64,000 nt of DNA. Source: Candidatus Latescibacterota bacterium (GTDB lineage: Bacteria > Latescibacterota > UBA2968 > UBA8231). The number at the start of each line of letters is the position of its first letter. Within the stretch, counting starts at the first letter, position 1. Both the position numbers and the translations under genes were made by a program. This document shows positions 49,060 to 62,847 of the stretch, piece after piece. The stretch is taken from NCBI GenBank assembly GCA_965197905.1, contig CBDAOB010000005.1, forward strand, positions 1,344,001 to 1,408,000, read 5' to 3'. The notes beneath the pieces were generated by a model. That model worked only from the letters and a program-made list of their open reading frames with translations. It searched no databases and was not told where the DNA came from.

Positions 49060-51412
49060 ATGTTACGCGTTCCCTCCATTCTGGTTGCTCTTGCAACAAT
49101 CATCCTTTCTGCTGGTACCTGTCTGGCCCTTGAAGGTGTTGAAGGTACCGTATTCGACCGCGATAGCGGGGAACCGCTAGGATTTGCCGTCGTGCGGGTA
49201 GTAGGCGAATCGATCGGGACCGTTGCTGACAAGGAGGGTAGCTACGTCATCGCGGGAGTGCCGCCCGGGATCTACACGCTCCAGGCCTCCTTGTTGGGGT
49301 ACGAGTTGCAACGTATCGAAGGGGTGCAGGTTGCAGGAGACGCCCAGGCTCAAGTCGACTTCGCGTTGGAACCAGCTCCCATCACCTTGAGCGAGATCGT
49401 GGTGACGCCGGGCCGATTCGCCATTATGCACGAAGATCCGGTGCGCAAGCAGACCCTCACCAAAGATGATATCCACACCCTGCCTCAGTTGGGCGAGGAT
49501 ATCTACCGCGCCATTAAACGGCTGCCTGGAGTTTCGGGCAACGATTTCTCTGCCAAGTTCACCGTGCGTGGAGGCGAGCACGAGGAAGTTCTGGTCATGC
49601 TGGACGGACTCGAGATGTACGAGCCGTTTCATTTGAAAGACATCTACGGGGGGGCACTCAGCATCGTCGACGTCGTGGCAATCGGCGGGATCGATATGAT
49701 GACCGGGGGGTTCCCGGCCCGGTACGGCAATCACATGAGCGGGGTCTTTGACATTTCGTCCGTAAGACCAAATCCGACGGGCCGCACCGCGGTCGGCATC
49801 AGTTTGATGAACGCCCGTTTTCTCACCGAAGGACAGTACGACAAAGGTCGCGGAAGCTATTTCCTTTCCATGCGCCGCGGCTATCTCGACATCGTTCTGT
49901 CGCTCATGAACGAGGAGGACTTTTCGCCGCAGTACTACGATCTCATGGCCAAGACGGAGTACCGGCTGAACGACCGGCATCTCCTGTCTGCTCATATTCT
50001 GCGTGCCGACGACGATCTCAATGCCGTGGAAAGCGAGGACGGCGACATCGCCAACACCGACTATGCCAACACCTACGGGTGGCTGCGGCTTAGGTCAGCC
50101 ATCGGCGCGAAACTGAGTGCACAGACGGTACTGTCTTTGGGCCAGGTAACTGACGGACGTCGGGGTACCGACTTCAGAAGCTTTTTTTATCGTGACGCCA
50201 CAGATTCGTGGCGAGATCAACTTCACTGGATACGAGATACGCGAGGATCGAACCTTCAACCTCGTCGGCCTGCGGCAGGATTGGAACTGGGAGGCATCCG
50301 CTCGCCAGCATTTCAACTTTGGAGTGGATGCGAAGCGCCTGACCTCCGACTTCGATTATTTCAACTGGGACGTGAAGCAGGTCACCGGATATGTCGCGGG
50401 GGAGATACAGGCGGTCACCGATACCATCGACGTGGAGTTGAAGCCGGATGGCTACGATCTGGGGTTCTACGCTGGGACCCGGTACCGGGTCAGCACCCCC
50501 CTCACCCTAGAGGTCGGCGGCCGCTACGACCATGTTACCTACACCGATGACACCGACTTAAGTCCGCGGGTGAACTTCGTTTACAGTTTGGGAAAGCGAA
50601 CCGCCATCCGCGCCGGATGGGGACAGTTTCATCAGGCCCAAAGCATCAGCGATCTGGATGTGGCGTATGGAGACGCGACGTTTTACCGCAGCCAGCGAGC
50701 TGAGCACCGGGTTGTCGGGCTCGAACACAGTTTCAAAAACGGCGTCGATCTTCGTCTCGAGGGGTATCAGAAGAAGCTCACCCGCATAAGACCTCGCTTC
50801 GAGAATTTTTCCAAGGAGGTTCTATTCTTTCCCGAGCTGGAAGAAGAAAGTGTTTTTCTCGAACCGCACCGCGGCGATGCCCGGGGTCTCGAGCTCTACC
50901 TGAAGAGAGACGTGGGTGGCAGATTCAGCTGGTGGGCGAGCTATGGTATCGCTCGTGCCGAGGAAGGAATTGATGGGACCGATGTGCCGAAGAACCAGGA
51001 TCAGCGTCACACGATCTACTTCGATTGCTATTACCGGTCCAGCCCCCGGTGGCAGATCAACCTTGCCTGGCAGTATCGCTCCGGTTGGCCGTACAGCGAA
51101 CAGATCTACGTTCCGATCGAGGTTCAGGAGGGTGCGTTCCCGTACGACGAGACCTTCGGACCACGCAACGCGCTTCGCCTGCCGCCCTACCATCGGCTGG
51201 ACTTGCGGATCAGCCGCTACTTCAAGCTTCGCGGCGGCCGGCTGGCCCTGTTTGTCGAGGTCATCAACCTCTACGATCGGGGCAACGTTCAAGCTCGCTT
51301 TCCCGGTAATGTCAGCTATCTTGGGCCTGGAACAGATCTGATCGTGGAGGGCACCTCCGACGAAGAATGGTTCCCTCTGCTGCCTTCAGTCGGGGCCAGC
51401 TGGGAGTTCTGA
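49060..51412 (+). CDS. TonB-dependent receptor, frameshifted at a T7 tract near 50182
   Basis: Signal peptide, carboxypeptidase-like domain, plug (LPGV, VRGG, GGFPARYG), barrel ending SWEF. Confidence 0.88.
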
Positions 51413-51508
51413 CGGCCACAAGACCATCAACCTGCGCGTGGGACCTCGGCGTCGGCGTCTCCTTCGTCGTCGACGTCATCCGGTTCCCGGGACAGGGTCA
51501 CTCCTGAG

Positions 51509-51700
51509 CCTACCTCGGTATGGGCTTGCGCGCGCGGGCGCCGCCCATCGCACCGGCGCGACCACATCTCCAAGCGAAATTCGACTACGCCTGATTCTGT
51601 CACGGGTACGTGGATGAAGTGTACCTGTGCCGCCGTGACCCTAGCGTCTGCATCCCGTTCGGGAACCGAAATCCACCTCGCACTGCGCTGCTTCGCCGGC
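51509..51700 (+). mobile_element. IS91/ISCR transposase last codons plus 3' non-coding remnant
   Basis: GMGLRARAPPIAPARPHLQAKFDYA stop, then the repeat also found at 458 and 22361. Confidence 0.8.
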
Positions 51701-51911
51701 ATTAACTCCACCATCTCCACCTCATCCCTCGCACAGTGAACGATCGCTCCATTCTGCTGCAATAGGTTGGTAACCCCTCTTCTGAGCTCCAGCAAAGCTC
51801 CCCTCAACCTAGTAAGAACCCTAATAGGTTTGTGTTCGATTCTTAAGTAGATTCCTAGTCGGAAAGACAAAAATCGAGTAGACCCCACCCGATTAATCGG
51901 GAGGTACTGAC

Positions 51912-52110
51912 ATGTAACCCGCGGATTGATACGAATCTGCCGTGGGTTTTCGCGCGTCGGCGAAGCCGCCGCAGCTCAATCTCGCGCAGCAAGATGGCCG
52001 GACTGATCAAAGCACGGAAGGTACGCGCAGTCCTCGTCGGTGATGTGATGCGAGTGCGAGTCTGCGATTTGGAAGCGTATCTTGAAGAAAAATATTTCAA
52101 AAAATCGGCT
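51912..52110 (+). pseudogene. Excisionase-like HTH pseudogene
   Basis: RVGEAAA / SISRSKMAGLIKARKVRAVLVGDVMRVRVCDLEAYL with a frameshift. Confidence 0.6.
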
Positions 52111-52146
52111 GATTGGGTCACGATTGGGTTCCGGGCATGAAAAAAA

Positions 52147-52193
52147 GTGGGGGGAGCAGGACTCGAACCTGCGAAGGCATAAGTCAGTAGATT
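52147..52193 (-). other. tRNA-Tyr-like 3' half (att remnant)
   Basis: Minus: AATCTACTGACTTATGCCTTCGCAGGTTCGAGTCCTGCTCCCCCCAC (long variable arm, T arm); no anticodon or 5' half. Confidence 0.7.
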
Positions 52194-52266
52194 CTGGCGA
52201 GGAGAACAAAATAGGGCTTGAGAAACGTGAAGAAGACCAAAGACAGACTGACTGTGCTAACTGGTA

Positions 52267-52476
52267 ATGAATGAGGCAAACGAAAAAGTGGGAGGAAGTC
52301 GTTTGTTGACCTACCAACAAGCGGCCGACTACCTGGCGGTTGGCCGGACGACGATATTCAAGCTCGTTGGGCGCGGGGACCTGCCGGTTGTTCCAATCGG
52401 TAGGTCGAAACGGATCCGTCCTGAAGATCTAGAGGATTACATTTCCGCACGATTAACTAGGCGGAATAAACGCTAG
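52267..52476 (+). CDS. Excisionase-family HTH protein
   Basis: LLTYQQAADYLAVGRTTIFKLV..G.LP.V.IGRSKRI...DLEDYI. Confidence 0.88.
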   Translation: MNEANEKVGGSRLLTYQQAADYLAVGRTTIFKLVGRGDLPVVPIGRSKRIRPEDLEDYISARLTRRNKR

Positions 52477-52554
52477 TTTGGGCGCCATTTGGGCGCCAAA
52501 CACAAAACAAGAGTTACGAGCGATATTTAAGATCTCGTAACTCTTTGTTTTTAT
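52477..52554. other. Island end: tandem direct repeat plus hairpin
   Basis: TTTGGGCGCCA x2, then AAAACAAGAGTTACGAG..CTCGTAACTCTTTGTTTT abutting the tRNA CCA; may also act as terminator. Confidence 0.75.
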
Positions 52555-52630
52555 TGGAGCCACCCGCCAGAGTCGAACTGGCGACCTACTCATTACGAGT
52601 GAGTTGCTCTACCAACTGAGCTAGGGTGGC
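52555..52630 (-). tRNA. tRNA-Thr(CGT)
   Basis: GCCACCC..ACTCA CTCGTAA TGAGT..GTTCGAC..GGGTGGC TCCA; 76-nt cloverleaf. Confidence 0.97.
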
Positions 52631-52667
52631 TTATGTTGTTGCAGCCCAGCGAGTTCCACAGTGCGAC

Positions 52668-52696
52668 AAGATAGCGGGCGCTGGGCACCGTGTCAA
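52668..52696 (-). promoter_or_regulatory. sigma70 promoter of tRNA-Thr
   Basis: TTGACA-17 nt-TATCTT. Confidence 0.75.
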
Positions 52697-52703
52697 GCCT
52701 ACC

Positions 52704-53918
52704 CTATGGGAAACTGAACAGTTTCGTCAGTTTCTCGAGGATTCGCGAGCCTGCCGGCCCCCGCGACAACAGGTGTCCCTCACGGGCGCGTTCGTCCGCG
52801 GCAAAACGTAGCAGGCCGGTCGCCGTGGCGTAACTGGGATCCTGCATCGACTCGGCGGCAATGATCTTTTGTGGTGCGCCAATGCGCACCGGTAGTCCAA
52901 GCACCTCCTCGCCCAAATCGGCTACGTTGCCCAGCAAGGCGCCTCCACCCGTGAAGATGAAACCCGCCGCCAACATCTGGCTCGAAGGCTGGTCCTCGAC
53001 TTCCGCTTTGACGAATTCGAATATCTCGTGTTGCCGGGCTTCGATGATTTCGCTGAGCTGATGCATCGTCAAGGTATGAACCTTGCCTGCGGTGGTTCGA
53101 AATGAGATCGTTTCGTCGTCTTCGTCTTCGCGATAACACACCGAACCGTACTGACGTTTGAGCTGCTCGGCTTCTCTGGGAGACATGTTTAGTACCACCG
53201 ACAGATCCTTGGTGATATCGTCCCCGCCAAACGGAATCTCCTTCACGTGCCGCAAGGGACCGTTGAATATCGCCAGGTCGGTGGTGCCGGCGCCCATGTC
53301 GAGAATGCCGACCCCCATCTCGCGTTCGTCCAGGGTCAGCACAGAAGAGGAGGCGGCCACGGTTTCGAGGATGTAATCGACAATCTCGATCCCCGCCTCT
53401 TCGGTAGCACGCTGCAATGTTGTGCATGCATGACTCGACGCGGTGATGCTCAAGGTTTCCAACTCCAGGCGATTGCCGTGAAGCCACAGTGGATTCTGCA
53501 CGTGCTCGCCGTCGACAGCGTAACTCTGGACAAAGCGGTGAAGTACGGTAACTGCGCCCGGAGGATCAACCTGCTCGGCGGCAACAAGGGCTCGGTCTAC
53601 GTCGTTCTCGTCGATCGGTTTCGAAGTCCCCGAAATCGCCACCGTACTACGACTGCTGCGGGTCGATATGTCCTCGCCTGCCATACCGAGGTAGGCCCCG
53701 GTGATTTTCAATCCGGCAGATCTCTCCGTATCTCGTATGGCAGCCCGAATCGAATCGACAATGCGGGGCATATCGATCACGACGCTTCTTCGAAGTCCCA
53801 GACTCGGGCGACTGCCCACGCCCAGTACCTTGATTCTGTCCTCATCCTGAAGCTCGCCCACCAGGCAAACGACCTTAGAGGCACCGATATCCAATACAAC
53901 GATGGGTGAACCAGCCAT
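52704..53918 (-). CDS. ftsA: Cell division protein FtsA
   Basis: LDIGASKVVCLVGE, DMGAGTTD, GGDDITKD, AEQLK, TGGGA, PSYATATGL and amphipathic C-terminal tail. Confidence 0.93.
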   Translation of the reverse strand: MAGSPIVVLDIGASKVVCLVGELQDEDRIKVLGVGSRPSLGLRRSVVIDMPRIVDSIRAAIRDTERSAGLKITGAYLGMAGEDISTRSSRSTVAISGTSKPIDENDVDRALVAAEQVDPPGAVTVLHRFVQSYAVDGEHVQNPLWLHGNRLELETLSITASSHACTTLQRATEEAGIEIVDYILETVAASSSVLTLDEREMGVGILDMGAGTTDLAIFNGPLRHVKEIPFGGDDITKDLSVVLNMSPREAEQLKRQYGSVCYREDEDDETISFRTTAGKVHTLTMHQLSEIIEARQHEIFEFVKAEVEDQPSSQMLAAGFIFTGGGALLGNVADLGEEVLGLPVRIGAPQKIIAAESMQDPSYATATGLLRFAADERAREGHLLSRGPAGSRILEKLTKLFSFP

Positions 53919-54157
53919 AGCTGAAAACATTCCGCTGTTAGGGTGTTTCGGATTCCTGTCGCGATCGCCATTCGTAAAGGCAGCAGTCGCGATGGGAGGG
54001 GAGATCTTGCAGCTAAGGTGGGGGAGGTAAAGCGGTGAAAACCGGGGGTCTGCGGCGCCCCGACCAACCACGGTGTCGCGACCTGCCAGGGGCCGTCAAA
54101 AAGCGATAGGCAAGTGGGAGAACTTGGCCTAAATAAAGAAGTTACATAACCTCACTT

Positions 54158-54186
54158 AGGATAACGCGGCCTCTTCAGAATGTCAA
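54158..54186 (-). promoter_or_regulatory. sigma70 promoter upstream of ftsA
   Basis: TTGACA-17 nt-TATCCT. Confidence 0.65.
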
Positions 54187-54217
54187 GAACTATTCGGTTT
54201 TTCGAGGGGTCGACGGC

Positions 54218-54613
54218 TTAATTGAGTTCGTGAAGGGTTTGCAGCCGCTTCACTGTTTCCAGCAGCTGGACAAGGTCGACCGGCTTCTGGAAAAAGTCGC
54301 AAGCCCCCTTCTGCAGCAGGTCTTTGGCCAGTTCCTCAGATGCATATCCGGAAACCACAACCACCAGGATCCGGTCGTCGATTTCGCTGATCAGACGGAG
54401 GGTTTCCGTGCCATCCATTTGGGGCATCGAGATGTCTAGGAACACGGCGTTGGGACGAAACTCCTTGATCTTGAACAGGGCGTCCTGCCCGTTGTGCGCC
54501 GTGTAGACCTCGAAGCCAAGTTCATCGAAGAATTCCTGGATGGTGGAAAGGAACTCAAGCTCGTCATCGACGAACAGAAGCTTGAAGGATTCGGATTGCG
54601 TGGGTTCGGTCAT
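54218..54613 (-). CDS. Single-domain response regulator
   Basis: VDDE, LDISMPQMDG, SGY, KPV. Confidence 0.92.
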   Translation of the reverse strand: MTEPTQSESFKLLFVDDELEFLSTIQEFFDELGFEVYTAHNGQDALFKIKEFRPNAVFLDISMPQMDGTETLRLISEIDDRILVVVVSGYASEELAKDLLQKGACDFFQKPVDLVQLLETVKRLQTLHELN

Positions 54614-54664
54614 GCTGGGACACCCTCCGTTGCAACCTGGTGACGAACCAGAAGCACTTCCGTC

Positions 54665-55792
54665 TCAGTCGTCGAAATAATAGGTGAGGCTGAGCTCCGA
54701 GAAAATGTCTCCGCCGCGGCGGCTTCCACCGATGAAGTGAGGTCCGTCGCGGAGAAAATTACGCTCGATCAAACCGTCGAGCATGACCGATCCGAACTTA
54801 AACCCCAAACCGAAGTCGGTGCGGAATGAAGCCTCGAAGTCCTCGTTCTTCGAGGCTGGTTGGGCTTTCGATTTCTCGCGGATCGACCTGTTTGCATGTC
54901 GCGCGCCAACGCGGAATAACAACGAGCCGACTTGCATTTCGCCGCCAAACAGGACGATCGGCAATACGAGCTCGGTCTGTTCACGATCAGGATTTATCGG
55001 ATGCAGCCGTTCAGCCGAAAGATACTGCGCGCCGACGCCGGCGACGATCTTCACCTTCCGCGCCGGTGACAGGTTCAAGCCGAGCACAACGTCGAGGTTG
55101 ACGAATTCGCTTTCAGCGGGCTCCAGGTCGTAGGCAGAGACGCGAATCCCAGCCGCCGGCAAGAAGGTCGCATGGGGGGCAAGCGGAATGTGGCCTCGCA
55201 CTTCGACCGAATAGCCGTTGCCGTCGGTGTTACCCAGCGGCGCTGCGCCTGCGGTCCGGTCCTTCAGGTCCTGTCGCGACATGCCGACGGTCGCTTGCAG
55301 GTGGGAGCGCTTGGTGTGTCCGGCTTGAATGCCAACGTGCACATTCCAGTGAGTAGCAGACGCCAGGTTTTGGCCGCGGCGCTGTTCGTCGAAGGAATAG
55401 GTTGTGGCGAATGCCACCCGCAGTCGGTCGCTAAGCTGCACAGCATAGATGACGTCGGCTAAAGGGTTGAGCTCGAGCTCTCCAAACAGGGCGCTCCCGC
55501 GGTCTTCAAGTCGCTCGTTGAAGGTGTCCAATTCGGGAGACGTGCGGTTGAGGAACAGACCGATCGCGTGACGGGATCCCAGATTGTAGATGCCGCTGCC
55601 CCAGTCTTCAAAGACTTCGACGGCGAAATGGGGAAAGTCACGGGCTGTCGCAGGGTAGAGACGGATGGCGCTGGTGCCGGTCAACAACCGGCGTTCCCCC
55701 CCAAGGGCTCGCAAGCGGTTCTCGGACCCGAAAGCGTATACCGGTGCAACCACCAGCGCAGCCAGCACCCAGATTCTACAGTAGCTTTTCAT
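54665..55792 (-). CDS. Putative outer-membrane beta-barrel protein
   Basis: Signal peptide, alternating beta-strand pattern, C-terminal LSLTYYF. Confidence 0.7.
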   Translation of the reverse strand: MKSYCRIWVLAALVVAPVYAFGSENRLRALGGERRLLTGTSAIRLYPATARDFPHFAVEVFEDWGSGIYNLGSRHAIGLFLNRTSPELDTFNERLEDRGSALFGELELNPLADVIYAVQLSDRLRVAFATTYSFDEQRRGQNLASATHWNVHVGIQAGHTKRSHLQATVGMSRQDLKDRTAGAAPLGNTDGNGYSVEVRGHIPLAPHATFLPAAGIRVSAYDLEPAESEFVNLDVVLGLNLSPARKVKIVAGVGAQYLSAERLHPINPDREQTELVLPIVLFGGEMQVGSLLFRVGARHANRSIREKSKAQPASKNEDFEASFRTDFGLGFKFGSVMLDGLIERNFLRDGPHFIGGSRRGGDIFSELSLTYYFDD

Positions 55793-55834
55793 TGCAACAC
55801 GGTGATGCGGGTGATAAAAAGGGAGGCGATACGG

Positions 55835-57684
55835 TCAGCGGAGAGATCCGGTATCGAGCGGTAGGTCCTGGAGATCCTCGTCTTCCTCGAAATCCATGGG
55901 CACTTCCTCGTCGTCTTCGACATCCTCTACCACGGGATGAATCTTCCACTCGGTCTCCAGCGCTTCCAAATCCTGGTCGAGGATCTGCTCGGTCATCTGG
56001 GGGCGGAAGCCGAGCTCCTCATTGACGCGATAGAGCCGGCCGTGCCAGTGGAACAGGGTGTTGTCTAGAACGAAGACGACGCGCTCCTTGCCGAGCTCGT
56101 TGTTGATCAAAGCGCGAAGGTCAGCCAGTGGCTCGCCGGAGGCGCCGAGATCCTCATCGTGGGGGTCTTCCTGCGGTCCGATGAGCGTCGAAGTCTTTTC
56201 GGCCCGGTGGTCGAAGGCCAGATTCTCGGGAATGAACTCCTCCAGGTATGGTCGGGTAAAGGTATCGTAGGGTAAAACAGGTTCGTCGTCACCCGATAGA
56301 TCCAATCGCCCTCCCGTTCATCTCGAATGCGTAGATGGCTGCCGATCTTGATCAGGATTCTACCCGTCGGCTGGAGGTGTTTGCGCATGGCTTGGATGTC
56401 GAGGTGGGTGATCTCCATTGCATTCCCCGCCGACTTGCCTCCCATCTCCACACTGAAGGTTCCCTTGCGAAAGCTGTTGAGGATAATGACGCCGCCGGTT
56501 GCCAGATACGAGCGGAACTTGCCCGTCTGGGCGTAGGGCATGTCGATGAGGAACTTGTAGAACAGGTTGCGATCCAGGAGCAAGGACTGCTTGCGGATGT
56601 TGGTTGTGCCGGCCTGCCGAAACACGTCGCGCAGATAGTTGATCTCGTCCTGGGTGATTACCTCTCCGGGGCCGCCAATCTCGTTTCCCTTGATCAGCGA
56701 AACCAGCAGCATGCTCGGCTCGTTGATCTGGGACTGCTTGGACCAGACGATAAGCTGCTGCTCCGATGCCTTGAGTCCCTCGCGCCAGACGAAATAAACC
56801 TTGCCGTGAGGACTGAAGAGGAAGGTGCCGCGTTCGATCTCGACGTCATCGCCGGCCTGAGCTGCGCGTTGAATGAGGGTATCGATCGGCAACCGATTGT
56901 AAGAAGTACGCAGTTGAAAGAGCTCTTCCAGATCGTTCACCGGACCTTTGATCGGAAGGTTGATGTCGTCGAGCATCAGTCCGGTCAACGCACCGTTGCG
57001 ACTTATTACCAGCGTGCCCTTTTCAATCAAGCCCGTACTCTGTCCGGACTCGTCGAAAAAGACATCTTCCTTCACAACGGCGAAGCTCGCCGGAATATCA
57101 ACCAGATTTTGCAGGTACCGCTCTGCTATCTGTTCGGTCACCATGAGAAACTGGTGGTTCTGTGAAAGCTCCTTGCGCAGCGGCAGCTGCAGCGGCTCGA
57201 GCAGATAGCCGTTCGGATGCCCTCCCGGGCTGAGAAACAAGGTGCCCTTACGGAGTTTGATGGTGAAGCGCTTGCCCTGGTGGAGAGCCTCGTCGCGCAG
57301 AATCTGGGTCCCCATGGGCATAAAGATTGCCTCTTCCTCAGAGAGCTTGCGCGCGCAAATTGATCGCAACTTCTGGATTCCAACCTTCTCCAGATCCGCG
57401 AGCAAAAGGCACTTAACCCCATGTTGCTGGCTGACCAAGACGCGTCCGGAAGGCAGCTCGTTTGGAATCGGTCGGGCGCGGCCTGGCAGCGGGTTTATCA
57501 GGGGGTCGAGGTCAATCGTCGCAACTACAAACGGACTCAAGAGGTCGCGCCGCTGCAGCTTGGCAGCGTTGTCGGCCTTTGCCCTTGCCTTTGCAGAGCG
57601 GCCCGCTTTGGAGCCGGGCGATTTTCCGCTGACGACGATCCCCTTCAGGGAATCCATCAGGGTTTTCTTGCCGCGCTTGGCCAC
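55835..57684 (-). CDS. Unknown repeat-containing protein, frameshifted near 56271
   Basis: Two overlapping ORFs join if one C is added at TACCCTAC; repeated IxKGTL..Y units. Confidence 0.7.
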
Positions 57685-57919
57685 CGCCTACGATCCGTTC
57701 ATTTAGGTGGAAGTGTCGGTGTAGAAACGAAATAGCTAACTAGTGAAATGTATACAAGAGGCTCCAAATATTCAACATTTATGTCATCGGCATAGGTTGT
57801 GTGTCCTGGCCGCATGCGAATCTTGACCTCGGGAATGGGCAGTGGTTAAGATATAATCCTCCCGGTCCGAGGCCCGGGCACGTTCTCAGAGCGAAAGATT
57901 TGACGAAAGGGATGCGATC

Positions 57920-58354
57920 ATGTCTCGCGGTGGTGTCAACAAGGTAATTTTGATCGGGAATCTTGGTGCTGATCCCGAATTGAAATATACACCGAGTGGT
58001 GTGCCGGTGGTTAACTTCAGCCTGGCAACATCCGAATCGTGGACCGACAAGGGTGGGGAACGCCAGGAGCGCACGGAGTGGCACCGGATAGTGCTCTGGC
58101 GCAAATTGGCGGAAATCGCCGGCCAATATCTACGAAAGGGAAGCAAGATCTACGTCGAGGGGAAGCTGCAGACGCGATCCTGGGACGACCAGAGCGGGCA
58201 AAAGCGGTACACCACCGAGGTCGTGGTCAACGATATGCAGATGCTCGATCAGCGCGGCGAAACCTCAGGCGGCGGTGGTGAAGGAGTGCCACCGACGCCC
58301 CCTGAGCCGCCGGCGGGCAACGACATGGGTGGAGACGACGACCTGCCATTCTAA
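57920..58354 (+). CDS. ssb: Single-stranded DNA-binding protein
   Basis: [28 protein letters not shown]. Confidence 0.97.
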   Translation: MSRGGVNKVILIGNLGADPELKYTPSGVPVVNFSLATSESWTDKGGERQERTEWHRIVLWRKLAEIAGQYLRKGSKIYVEGKLQTRSWDDQSGQKRYTTEVVVNDMQMLDQRGETSGGGGEGVPPTPPEPPAGNDMGGDDDLPF

Positions 58355-58381
58355 CCGATTGACGTCTCATCGGGCGGTTGT

Positions 58382-62838
<4,457 letters not shown>

Positions 62839-62847
62839 TCATTCCCC

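Larger units (their letters stand above)
436..52555. mobile_element. Composite genomic island at tRNA-Thr(CGT)
   Basis: Homologous ends, tRNA adjacency, excisionases, integrase remnant, IS remnants, cassette array and mosaic accessory genes; housekeeping genes resume after the tRNA. Confidence 0.7.

Noticed and set aside
51760..51870. CCTAGTAAG/CCTAATAGG/CCTAGTCGG as replication-origin iterons
   Set aside because: Too short and irregular, and no rep or primase gene is present.
47695..52193. Functional tRNA-Lys and tRNA-Tyr genes
   Set aside because: Only 3' halves are present; treated as att remnants.
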